This document shows positions 47,001 through 55,739 of a DNA stretch of 64,000 nt, piece after piece. This DNA is from Verrucomicrobiia bacterium (GTDB taxonomy: Bacteria; Verrucomicrobiota; Verrucomicrobiia; Limisphaerales; UBA1319): assembly GCA_963664225.1 (NCBI GenBank), contig OY760937.1:1248001-1312000 (forward strand), given 5' to 3'. Every line of letters starts with the position of its first letter. Position 1 is the first letter of the stretch. A model generated the notes under the pieces. That model had not been told where the DNA came from. It saw only the letters and a list, made by a program, of their open reading frames with translations, and made no database searches. The translations under genes and the position numbers were made by a program.

Positions 47001-47779
47001 TCGTATATTCCGGCGCGTCCCTGGGGATCGGAGGGATTAATGTTCTGTGGCCCCCCCACAATGATGTTGGCAGCCCCCAGATAGGCCGGCCAGAAGAAAC
47101 GGCACAACACCCAAGAGCCAGCCCACGAGACCACGAAAAGGCCGGCCAAAATGCTTGACCGCGTCCACCACGCCCCGATGAAATTCTGCGTCAGTAGGAG
47201 CAGGGTCAGGTAGTTGACGACCACTCCCAGCTTTACCAGCCCAGAGGTGTGGCACGAAAAGGAGGTCCAGACGTTCTTCGGCACCAGCAGCGCGGCCAAC
47301 AGGGCGAAAGCCGCAAAATACAATATCGACAGTGTCGCCTGGCCCACCCAATCCTTGGCATGATGCGTCTCCGTGTATCCCAGCATCCACCAAAGCAGGG
47401 TCAGGCTCAACAGGAGGTAGCCCCACTGGATGCGTCTGGTCGTCTTGTCATCAATGCGCTTTACGGACCTCCGCCAACGTCGGCGCAAAGGCGTCAAGGT
47501 CAACTCGACCGCAGCAGCGACGGTCATGGGCTGACCGCAGTGGATACAGTTGCGTGCGCGCAATGGGGAGGTCCGTTTGCAGGTAGGACATCTGAGAGAA
47601 GTGATTCGGGTTAACCAGCGGCCGAGGCTGCGCGCGAAAATGGCCAGCAGTGTGAAGGGACCGAAGACCTTGCCGCAATGAGAACAAGAACGGTCAAACA
47701 GACTCAAGCCGTTCCCACATTCGGAACAAGCGAGTATTATGCGTTCAGTGCGAGTGTCCCTGGTCCTTCGATTTGGCAT
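46997..47779 (-). CDS. double zinc-ribbon membrane protein
   Basis: CSECG..CSHCG and CPTC..CIHCG, then several TM helices. Confidence 0.8.
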   Translation of the reverse strand: MPNRRTRDTRTERIILACSECGNGLSLFDRSCSHCGKVFGPFTLLAIFARSLGRWLTRITSLRCPTCKRTSPLRARNCIHCGQPMTVAAAVELTLTPLRRRWRRSVKRIDDKTTRRIQWGYLLLSLTLLWWMLGYTETHHAKDWVGQATLSILYFAAFALLAALLVPKNVWTSFSCHTSGLVKLGVVVNYLTLLLLTQNFIGAWWTRSSILAGLFVVSWAGSWVLCRFFWPAYLGAANIIVGGPQNINPSDPQGRAGIYD

Positions 47780-49754
47780 TTTTTTGAGCTGGCCGTTTCG
47801 ATTTGTGCGACGGTTTGAATGCCTTCCACTTTGACTTCTTTAGCGTGAAACGCAAGGCTAAAGCGGTCCGTCCATAAAACGGGCTCCATTGAGGGGCGTT
47901 TCGGAAAAGGATGCGATCCTGGAGGCGCACCTCAAACAGTTTGAAGTCCTTCTTCCATTTTATAGTCCACCAACGCGGATCACGATTGCCCACGACAATC
48001 ACCGGCGCCTTTAATTTCCTGGCCGGACTCCAGTTCGGGGCCTTGGGAAACAATTGCTTCCACTCGATGCGAATGAAGGCTGGCCGCTCGGGAACTCGTT
48101 TGTTGCGGGTGCCGCTTTGTGCCGGGCGCGCTTTTGTGTCCGGCTTTTTTCGACCCTTGTCCTGACGGGCATTTTTCGCACTCGCATTGCCGGTGCCGTG
48201 GCCTTGCTCCCGATTCCCCTGGCGCGCCTCTTCAGGCGGATCCCAAAGATCAAGGGCGTGTTGAGCTTTCTGGCCGCTCGCAGCGCTTTCTGGCCAAGCG
48301 GACTGCTGGTCAGTAGGAGTGATCCTTTCCTTCGCCTTCAATTGGCCGGATTTCTTCGTGGGGAACGGTTTCGTTTCGGACCCAACCGTTTGCTTTTGGT
48401 CGAATCCGGGCTCATTCTCGGTGCGATTGCCCGTTAACTGGCTTGGTTCAACCCGCGGTGGGGGGATGAGTTCTCCAGGCAACGAACCCAATAAACTGCG
48501 TTGATCCGCCTGGTCTGATGCCAAACCCGTATGCTTGGTGGCAGCGGCTTCCTGTTTTAGCCCCGCCTCGCGAACGGACTGCCGTGACGCGGGCGGCTCA
48601 TGTTGTTCATGGTGGCCTTCGTGTTGTGACATGGTCCGGTCCTGCCAACGCGGCTGCCAGAGAACCCCACGACCGTCCGACATGCGAAGTTGGGTCAGAC
48701 TTTGGAAGAGCGTTTGGCCGTCGGCCCCTTTTTGGAGGGCGATCCCAGCCGCCAGGCGGATCAGCGGCGCGCGCGCTTGTTTTTCCCGGGGAGCCTCATG
48801 AACGGCTTGCCCGACCAACTTATCCAACGTCTCCGTCCGGATGGAATCCTGCCTTTCAGCGCCGATGAGCTTCATTGCCTGCTCGCGGCTCCAGCCATAC
48901 TCCTTGCCCTTCTCCTGCCAGTGGGCGAAGAGCAGGTCCGGAGCCGCCTCTTCCTTGTGCGGACGTGTCGCCTTTGCGACCGTTTGCGCCGCCACCGCCC
49001 CCGTTAGTCCGCGCTCGTTCATCGTCTGTTTGATGGTTTGGCCGCGCTTCGAGAAATAGCGACAGAGTTCTTGGGGAACCCCACGAATTCCGAAACCAAC
49101 TTTTTCCGGTTCGATGTTCAGACCCAGCCGTTGGTTAAGCTTGGACGCTAGGTCCGCCTGATAGATTGCTCCCAGGGCCATTTTCCAACGAAAGAGATTC
49201 AGAGTGGAGATCGACCCGTAGGTCCCGCTCTGGCGGCGACCGAGATTGATCAAGACGGCATGGGTGTGCAGGTGCGGATCCTGTGCCCGCGACGTGCCCT
49301 CCTGGAACGTGGCCCAGAGCAACTCCGCAGGCTCCTTGATTTTGCCTCCAGGGCCGGTTCGCGTGATGCCGCCAATCTCTTCGGCAATTCTCAGCGTCGT
49401 ATGGAGCGCCTCCCGGCGGCATTCCTCAATCTGACGCCGGACGTCCAGTGGCGACATCGCCCAAAACGTCGAAACCGCCTTTGGGTCGTTGAATGTCATG
49501 TCCCAGCACGCCTGCCGATCCGGATGACCCGCATTTTGGACCAGCCCCTTCCCTCCATCCGGTGAGAAACCGTTCAACAGGTTGCGAAACTCCTCCCGTT
49601 GCACGGTCTGCCCCAATCCCAGGGGCTGCGCCGCCTTTCCAAACCACAGCCCTTTCTTGTCGATGCCATTGAGGTAGTAATCCTCCTTGCGTTCGTCCGT
49701 GTAATAATCGACGGCGGCGGCCGCACTTTTCATCGGGTGGGAGAGAGAGAGCAT
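47745..49754 (-). CDS. MOB-F (TrwC-like) relaxase lacking a helicase domain
   Basis: DYY..EDYY, GLWFGKAA, WDMTFNDPKAVS, TSRAQDPHLHTH, FSKR motifs. Confidence 0.92.
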   Translation of the reverse strand: MLSLSHPMKSAAAAVDYYTDERKEDYYLNGIDKKGLWFGKAAQPLGLGQTVQREEFRNLLNGFSPDGGKGLVQNAGHPDRQACWDMTFNDPKAVSTFWAMSPLDVRRQIEECRREALHTTLRIAEEIGGITRTGPGGKIKEPAELLWATFQEGTSRAQDPHLHTHAVLINLGRRQSGTYGSISTLNLFRWKMALGAIYQADLASKLNQRLGLNIEPEKVGFGIRGVPQELCRYFSKRGQTIKQTMNERGLTGAVAAQTVAKATRPHKEEAAPDLLFAHWQEKGKEYGWSREQAMKLIGAERQDSIRTETLDKLVGQAVHEAPREKQARAPLIRLAAGIALQKGADGQTLFQSLTQLRMSDGRGVLWQPRWQDRTMSQHEGHHEQHEPPASRQSVREAGLKQEAAATKHTGLASDQADQRSLLGSLPGELIPPPRVEPSQLTGNRTENEPGFDQKQTVGSETKPFPTKKSGQLKAKERITPTDQQSAWPESAASGQKAQHALDLWDPPEEARQGNREQGHGTGNASAKNARQDKGRKKPDTKARPAQSGTRNKRVPERPAFIRIEWKQLFPKAPNWSPARKLKAPVIVVGNRDPRWWTIKWKKDFKLFEVRLQDRILFRNAPQWSPFYGRTALALRFTLKKSKWKAFKPSHKSKRPAQKNAKSKDQGHSH

Positions 49755-49756
49755 AT

Positions 49757-50068
49757 TCAGTTGCGGTTAAGCATGGTTTTCACCCAGTCACGCGCTTGTT
49801 TCTCGCTGACCCGCCCTGCGGAGGCCAACAGGGCTTCCACGGCCAGGGCCAGGTCTTTATTCAATTGCTGCATTTGTTGATGCACAATGCCAACGGCGTT
49901 GCCCACCGCCGCAAGTCCCTCTGCCGCGAGCAGGCTCTCGACAACGTAATGCCGGGCCAGTTCGTGCGGACTGACACCCAGGCGGGCAGCGCGTTCGGCC
50001 AGCAGGCCCGCCTGGTCGGGTTCAAGGCGAAAACCGATGACGACACGAATCTGAGACGGGGATTTCAT
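49757..50068 (-). CDS. ribbon-helix-helix-like relaxosome accessory protein
   Basis: VIGFRL..LAERAARLGVSPHELAR; immediately upstream of the relaxase. Confidence 0.7.
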   Translation of the reverse strand: MKSPSQIRVVIGFRLEPDQAGLLAERAARLGVSPHELARHYVVESLLAAEGLAAVGNAVGIVHQQMQQLNKDLALAVEALLASAGRVSEKQARDWVKTMLNRN

Positions 50069-50403
50069 CGGGTGGGACGGTTAGAGTTGGCGAGGAGTAG
50101 TCCGGCCGCCGGGCCACCATTGGGCGGGGTGCGACGCTGGTTCTTCTGTCGCCAATGGTGTTGGAGGGTGTTGGTGACCCGCGCCAGCCACGCCGGGTCC
50201 CGGGAGAGTTTGAGAATCTCCGGCGTCGCGAAGAACTTGGTCCCGTTCGGGGATGGGTTGCCGAGGGGCTTGAGTACGCGGGCGGCCACGAGGATGGCGA
50301 TGTCATGCGGCTGGCAATTGAGCACCCAGGCGGTTTGCTCGACGGTCAGGCGTGCTGGCGTGCCGGCCAACAGGGACAGAAACTGGCGTTGTTCATCGTT
50401 CAT
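50065..50403 (-). CDS. small putative DNA-binding protein (excisionase-like)
   Basis: RLTVEQTAWVLNC..ILVAARVLKPLG HTH-like pattern; stop overlaps the next start. Confidence 0.65.
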   Translation of the reverse strand: MNDEQRQFLSLLAGTPARLTVEQTAWVLNCQPHDIAILVAARVLKPLGNPSPNGTKFFATPEILKLSRDPAWLARVTNTLQHHWRQKNQRRTPPNGGPAAGLLLANSNRPTR

Positions 50404-50542
50404 GGTTTTGGAGAGGGCTGGACCGGGGACGTCCCGATCTGGCCTTCCAAAGGGTCCAGTCGTTGGAGGGAGTGATTGCGAACAAAATATTTGATTAAAT
50501 TCTGCAGTTGAAGCGCGCGGTTGATTTCTTTAGGTTGCGGTC

Positions 50543-51130
50543 GTGGCCAATGAATTAGTCGCGTTAGCCCACGTCTGCCGTGACACAACCGAACTCCACG
50601 AGCGCGTGCGATTTGCCGAGGAGATCGTGGTGCGGGTCGGTCCAATGCTGCGCGTGTTTGTGGCGAGGCGATGTCCTCCGGCAGCAGTCGATGATGTCGT
50701 GCAGGAAACTTTGATCGGCATCGGCAGAGGTGCGGGCTGCTTCCATGGCAAAACGGATCGCGAGTTCTGGCGCTGGTGTTACAGGATAGCGTTTAATAAG
50801 CTGACCAACCACCTTCGCCGGGAAGGTGTCCAGCAGACCGCGTCCCTCGATAACGAGGAGATCTGGCGTGCCGTCGAGGCCACCATGGAGGACTCGACGA
50901 TGCAGCCCGGAGATCGCCTGGACCTCGAAGAGGCGATGGATCTTCTCCGTCAATCCAAACCGCCCTGCGTGGGTTATTTGACTTTACACTTCATCGAGGG
51001 CTTGGATCCTGCCGAACTTGCAGAGCTTTACCACTCCACCCCCAGTGCCATCCGAATGCAGATCATCCGGTGTTTGTCTTTGGCGCACAAAATGCTAACC
51101 AAATCCTCCTCCATTTATGAGCAACGATAA
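50543..51130 (+). CDS. ECF sigma-70 factor carried by the element
   Basis: DDVVQET..FWRWCYRIAFNKLTNHLRR (region 2); LHFIEGLDPAELA..AIRMQIIR (region 4). Confidence 0.85.
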   Translation: MANELVALAHVCRDTTELHERVRFAEEIVVRVGPMLRVFVARRCPPAAVDDVVQETLIGIGRGAGCFHGKTDREFWRWCYRIAFNKLTNHLRREGVQQTASLDNEEIWRAVEATMEDSTMQPGDRLDLEEAMDLLRQSKPPCVGYLTLHFIEGLDPAELAELYHSTPSAIRMQIIRCLSLAHKMLTKSSSIYEQR

Positions 51131-51398
51131 CACCAAAGAGGCCGCGAAACTGAGCCAGCTCGGCGAACGGGCGCGCGCGGGTTTGGCCAAGTTGCATCCA
51201 GTCAGCGAGCAGCATCTGGCCGCCGTCCGTGCCGCCGTCCGCCAACAGTGGGATCAGGAGCATGCGGGCAAGTCATCCTCCAAGACGCAACAATCTGCCG
51301 GGCAATCGCAATTAAATCAGCCACCGTCCGCGCAACAGGCGCAGGCCGCGAAGCCGAAGCGGCAGTCCAAATCACAAGACCACGGTCACAGCCATTGA
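51117..51398 (+). CDS. small hypothetical protein ending in DHGHSH
   Basis: Overlaps the sigma gene stop; basic tail KPKRQSKSQDHGHSH. Confidence 0.7.
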   Translation: MSNDNTKEAAKLSQLGERARAGLAKLHPVSEQHLAAVRAAVRQQWDQEHAGKSSSKTQQSAGQSQLNQPPSAQQAQAAKPKRQSKSQDHGHSH

Positions 51399-51538
51399 GT
51401 GACCGTCCTGGCCGAAGGGTGAGGATTGATTAAAGGCTCAATCCCCGAAAGCCGTGAACCCTCGAGCCAACAGCGGAAGACATTTGGTCCTTTGGTAATT
51501 GGCTATTGTCCTTTGGTTTTGATAATTGGCATTTACCG

Positions 51539-51799
51539 TTATGCGGACGGTTCTTCCTTCTCCTGGCCTTGCTTGAAGATCCAGGTGTGTGACAGGTCGG
51601 CGACCTTGCGGAGCACCAGCAGGTCATCCCGCCCGAAGGAGTCGGTCGATTTCCACTGGTCGTCTTCCTTTTCTTTGTAGATGCGGCTGAACGTGACGTT
51701 GTAGCGCACACCCCCGGCCGTGTCGTTCTTCCAGATGGCGGCCTTGACGGTGCCGATCCGGATCTCTTGTATGGGTCTGTCTTTGGGTTTGAGCATCAT
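51539..51799 (-). CDS. conserved small mobile-element protein, possibly ssDNA-binding
   Basis: IRIGTVKAAIWKN..YNVTFSRIYK..WKSTDSFGRDDLL family pattern. Confidence 0.75.
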   Translation of the reverse strand: MMLKPKDRPIQEIRIGTVKAAIWKNDTAGGVRYNVTFSRIYKEKEDDQWKSTDSFGRDDLLVLRKVADLSHTWIFKQGQEKEEPSA

Positions 51800-52151
51800 A
51801 TCTTTCTTGGTTTTGAACCTCCCTGAAATGACCTTTAACCCGAGTCCTGCCACCCAGTCCGCCAACCAAAAAGGCGCGGACGGTCTTTTCGACCAGGGTG
51901 ACAGGCCCCGCCGGTCCCAATCCTCTGGTGTCGATGTTTCAGGGTCTGGTTCCATTTTGGAGGCGGTGGAGCGCGTCTGCGCCCCAAACAACCGCCATCC
52001 CGTCACCTTTCCAGTCGCAGCGGACCCTGCATTCCGAACAGGAAAGTTTTCCCGGCTCGCCGTTTGGAGCGGCTTCCGCCCTTAATCTCGTCGGAGAGAC
52101 GAGAAAATCCGACCGCAAGGCGGCATCAAATTCCGCGCGAACGGGCAGGAT

Positions 52152-53636
52152 TCAGTTCTCCTCGCACATGAGTTTCAGGGCGCAGGCATCGAGCAGGGTC
52201 TTGCGCATGGCTGCGGCGAGCATTCCGCCCTGTTCCATCATCTTGCGCTGAGCAACGCTGATCTGCTGGAGCGCGTCCTGCTCCATGCGCTCCCGTTCGA
52301 CGGCCGAGAGCGTCTGCCAGAACTGCTGAATCGCCTTTTCCCGGGCTTCCTCTTTCGTTCGCGTTGCCGCCTCCTGCTGTTCCCTGCGGCGCGCCTCGCG
52401 GGTGCGCCTTTGTTCGGCCTCTTCCCTGCGACGCGCCATTTCCTCATGGTTTAGAAAATCCCTGGGCGGCGCGTATTCGCCGCGAATGGCACTCAAGAGG
52501 AAGCCCGGCGGATTGCGTGAGACTTTCGGGTCCTTCTGCACCACCAGGTAGTCAAAGACCTCAAGCTGCGGCTGGATGCGCTCAGGCGCGAACTGCTTCA
52601 CTGTGCTCCTTGCGGTGGACGGAGACACGCCCCGCGCGATAAGGGCCGCGACCAGCGCCTCCGCCGGTTCGTCGGCTGGAGTTGGCTTCCGGTTCGCCTC
52701 CCCTTTCGCCTTCTCGAACACAATCCGCCACTCTCCGCTGCATACCTTGAGAAAGCGCTCTGTCTCCGAGAGCGCCCGCAAATAGCCGCGCTGTTCCAGT
52801 TCCGTAATGCCGCACCGCAACTTGCGCTTCAGGTTGGCCGTGTCGTAGTTCCGGGACAGACCGGCGTGTTCGCAGGCGAACTCCTTAAGGTTGAAATCCC
52901 ACCGGTCCCGGTGGAAAAAGCGCTTGTCGAGGAAACGGTAGAGCCGTCGTGCAATGGCGCTCCGCAAATCGCGAAAGAAGTCAAAATCGATGCTCTTGAG
53001 ATTGCCGGCCTGGAAACTGCGAAAGATCACCTCGTTCCAGACGAACACCGAGCTGCCGGACTCGTCATCCCCAACCCTGCGGCCATACTCGCGTTGAAAC
53101 AGACGCACGTTGTCCAGGACATGAAACTTCTCATCCACCCAGCACTGCTTCGCCTTGTTCCACCAGGCGCGCTGGTAATAAAGCGTCACCCCGGTCCAAC
53201 GATTGAGAGACGCCTCGATCCGCTCGTAGCTCTTGCTTTCGTTGCGCCAGCCGAGCAGCTGGATGAGCTGGTAGCGCGTGAAGCGCACCGTGCGGGCGGC
53301 GAAATGCTCGAGCCGGGAAAGCTGGATCAAACCCAGCAGCACCGCGTCATCGAGGGCGGTTGGCAGGCCGTAGGCATCGGAACCGGTGATGGTGAGCTGA
53401 CGGGTGATGGTCTCCCCGCGGCCATGGTCCCAGACCCGGTCCTCGAAGCGCAGCGTCTTCTGGTCCGGCCGAAGCCGGTGCGCCAGCGCGCATAGCGGAA
53501 ACTCCGCCAGGTTTAGTTCATCTCGTCCATCGCTGATCTTTTGTGGCATCGATTCTACTTCGATGCGTTCCTGCGCTTCCAAGATTCCTTCGCCTCCTTG
53601 CCAGTCAATAACACCCCCCGACGGGCTGCTGTTCAT
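52152..53636 (-). CDS. replication initiator protein A (start may be ATG 53549)
   Basis: GRDELNLAEFP, YGLPT..D, FTRYQLIQLLGW, RLYRFLDKRF; iterons directly upstream. Confidence 0.85.
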   Translation of the reverse strand: MNSSPSGGVIDWQGGEGILEAQERIEVESMPQKISDGRDELNLAEFPLCALAHRLRPDQKTLRFEDRVWDHGRGETITRQLTITGSDAYGLPTALDDAVLLGLIQLSRLEHFAARTVRFTRYQLIQLLGWRNESKSYERIEASLNRWTGVTLYYQRAWWNKAKQCWVDEKFHVLDNVRLFQREYGRRVGDDESGSSVFVWNEVIFRSFQAGNLKSIDFDFFRDLRSAIARRLYRFLDKRFFHRDRWDFNLKEFACEHAGLSRNYDTANLKRKLRCGITELEQRGYLRALSETERFLKVCSGEWRIVFEKAKGEANRKPTPADEPAEALVAALIARGVSPSTARSTVKQFAPERIQPQLEVFDYLVVQKDPKVSRNPPGFLLSAIRGEYAPPRDFLNHEEMARRREEAEQRRTREARRREQQEAATRTKEEAREKAIQQFWQTLSAVERERMEQDALQQISVAQRKMMEQGGMLAAAMRKTLLDACALKLMCEEN

Positions 53637-53710
53637 TTAAGGTTTTGAGAACAGAGTTCGAAGTTAGGGTCAGAAATCGCGAACCGGCGCGCGGGGTTGC
53701 CGTGCTTTTT

Positions 53711-53839
53711 CTGCCCCGAATCCCGGTAAATCCTGTCTCGACTCCCACTGCCCGGCTGCCCCGGTTCCCGGTAAAACCTGCCTCAAATCCCGCCCCCAAA
53801 CTGTCCCGGTTCCCAGTAGCGTTCTGTCTCAAATCCCAC
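53711..53839. repeat. three ~38-bp iteron-like direct repeats at 45-bp period (candidate oriV)
   Basis: CTGCCCCGAATCCCGGTAAATCCTGTCTCGACTCCCAC / CTGCCCCGGTTCCCGGTAAAACCTGCCTCAAATCCCGC / CTGTCCCGGTTCCCAGTAGCGTTCTGTCTCAAATCCCAC. Confidence 0.8.
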
Positions 53840-53960
53840 TCTGGTTTTTGTAACACATTTTAACACGCGTGGGTAGGTCATGATTCCGAAGTTTGCAGGC
53901 TCCCTCCCTATCGCTCCGCGCCTGCGCGAGCACAGAAAGCGATGGTATAACGCCTGCAAA

Positions 53961-53996
53961 TGGTATTTGTATTGGTATTGGTATTGGTATTTGTAA
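53961..53996. repeat. hexamer tandem repeat (TGGTAT) x6, degenerate
   Basis: TGGTAT TTGTAT TGGTAT TGGTAT TGGTAT TTGTAA between repA and parA. Confidence 0.8.
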
Positions 53997-54087
53997 TGGC
54001 CCCCGATCCGGCGACTTGCCGATGTTTCGTCCATCCATTCGCATGGCCGGGGGGAGCGTTATTAACCCAAATGAGCCGGAGGCGACG

Positions 54088-54180
54088 TGTAAAATGCATG
54101 TTTGCAGGCATGCTGGATTGCATGCAAGTCTGCAGGTCCGCAAGCAGGAATGTCTTGATATATACTCTCTTGCATATATG
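54088..54180. promoter_or_regulatory. TGCA-periodic region, candidate parS centromere/par operator
   Basis: Repeated TGCA/TGCATG units directly upstream of parA, as in type Ib partition loci. Confidence 0.45.
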
Positions 54181-54256
54181 TCAGTTTAAGTGCTAGTAAG
54201 ACAATATGCCCGCGACACTGAAGCCGCGGGCCATTTTGTTCAGGGAGGGGAAGGCA

Positions 54257-54916
54257 ATGATCGTCGCGCTCAGCAATTCCAAAGGCGGAGTGGGCAAGTC
54301 CACCCTGGCCGTGCATCTGGCCGTGTCGTGGCTTGAAGAGGGGACGGGCGTCGCGTTGGTGGATGCCGACGTGCAAGGCTCGTCGTCGGGGTGGCTCCAT
54401 GAAGCCGCCCCGCAATTGCCGGTGTTCCGGTTACAAACTCCCGACGAGGTGCTGGAGCAGGTGCCGGTCATCGCGGGCCAGTTCCAGCGGGTCGTGATTG
54501 ACGGGCCGGCGGGGCTTTCCGAGGTCACGCGGGCCATCCTCTTGGTGGCTGACATCGCGCTCCTGCCCTGCGGGCCATCCGTCCTGGATTTGCGGGCTGT
54601 GCATGAAGCGTTGCGCGTCGTGAGGCAGGCCCAGCAGATCCGTCAGGGACCTCCGAGCCCGATGGTCGTTCCCAACAAGCTGCAGGTTCAATACCGGCTC
54701 AGCCAGGAGTTGTTGGAAACTGCGAAATCGCTGGGCATCCCATCGCTGCCGGGTCTGCGCCTGCGCCAGGCGTATGCGGACGCCGCAGGGCAGGGCACAG
54801 TGGTCTGGCGGATGGGGCCGCGCGGTGAAGCCGCCGCATCGGAATTGAGAAACCTCTTTCAGGAGTTGGCCAGCTATGAATCGTCGAACTTTGAGCGCCG
54901 CGCTGCAAACGGTTAG
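54257..54916 (+). CDS. parA: type Ib plasmid partition ATPase ParA
   Basis: NSKGGVGKSTLA, VDADVQGS, VIDGP; short, no N-terminal HTH. Confidence 0.9.
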   Translation: MIVALSNSKGGVGKSTLAVHLAVSWLEEGTGVALVDADVQGSSSGWLHEAAPQLPVFRLQTPDEVLEQVPVIAGQFQRVVIDGPAGLSEVTRAILLVADIALLPCGPSVLDLRAVHEALRVVRQAQQIRQGPPSPMVVPNKLQVQYRLSQELLETAKSLGIPSLPGLRLRQAYADAAGQGTVVWRMGPRGEAAASELRNLFQELASYESSNFERRAANG

Positions 54917-55250
54917 CCTGACCGAATCGGCATTGGATTTCGTGAAGGCCGGCAATGCCAGACCAGCCCTGGACACCACGGCCGCCACGCCGATTCCGCC
55001 AACAAGCGCCGAGGAACCGCGTCCGGCAGGGAATGGATTGAAGCCGCGCTGGCAAGTCGGCGATGAAGCGGAACTCGAAGCAGACGCGGGTCTGGTCTCG
55101 TTGACCGTGCGGGTGCCGCGTGGTGTGCCGACGGGATTGCTGCTGGCCTCGATGGACCGGAAGCTCAAGCGCCAACGTCCTTGGACCCAGCAGGAAATCG
55201 TCGCCGAGGCCCTGACTCAATGGCTAAAGCAGCATGGATATCTGTCTTGA
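54876..55250 (+). CDS. ParG-like ribbon-helix-helix partition partner
   Basis: Flexible N-terminus, then SLTVRVP..TQQEIVAEALTQWL; overlaps parA. Confidence 0.7.
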   Translation: MNRRTLSAALQTVSLTESALDFVKAGNARPALDTTAATPIPPTSAEEPRPAGNGLKPRWQVGDEAELEADAGLVSLTVRVPRGVPTGLLLASMDRKLKRQRPWTQQEIVAEALTQWLKQHGYLS

Positions 55251-55274
55251 ACGAAAGTGATAAAGGGAGGAAGT

Positions 55275-55634
55275 ATGGAAGACCTGAACCGTTTGATTGA
55301 TGTCACGACCTTCGGCACGGTGCGCCGTTACCTCAGAGCCGCGCCTTCGCCCCGCACGACCGTCATGCTGGTGCGACACCGTGACATATTGCCACGCGTG
55401 GGCACGGCGCTGGTGACGGACCCGGGCAACCGCCGGACCTTTCGTCGCCGACAGTGGGCCGATTGGCTCACCTCGGGCGAGGTCCGATTCGACGGGACCC
55501 CCACCGCAGGCCAAAGCGCAAATCTCGACGCGATCCCGGACTCCGCTCTCTGCGATGTGCTTTACGTGCCGCCATTTTACCTGGTGTCCCTGCGCGGCTA
55601 CAAGGTGCCGGTGGTGCGTCGCGCTGACGCCTGA
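55275..55634 (+). CDS. hypothetical protein
   Basis: GGGAGG RBS before ATG 55275; plausible globular composition. Confidence 0.65.
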   Translation: MEDLNRLIDVTTFGTVRRYLRAAPSPRTTVMLVRHRDILPRVGTALVTDPGNRRTFRRRQWADWLTSGEVRFDGTPTAGQSANLDAIPDSALCDVLYVPPFYLVSLRGYKVPVVRRADA

Positions 55635-55739
55635 CATCCCTCCTATCGCGGTTCAAACCGTGTCTCATATTTTCCGCTACCAACGCCGTGCGGGAAGTGC
55701 TACGCATGGCACAGTGGGAGGTTTTGTTCTCCCCCAAAC

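Noticed and set aside
53711..53839. 38-bp repeats as a CRISPR array
   Set aside because: Degenerate copies with ~7-nt gaps directly upstream of repA, which fits iterons
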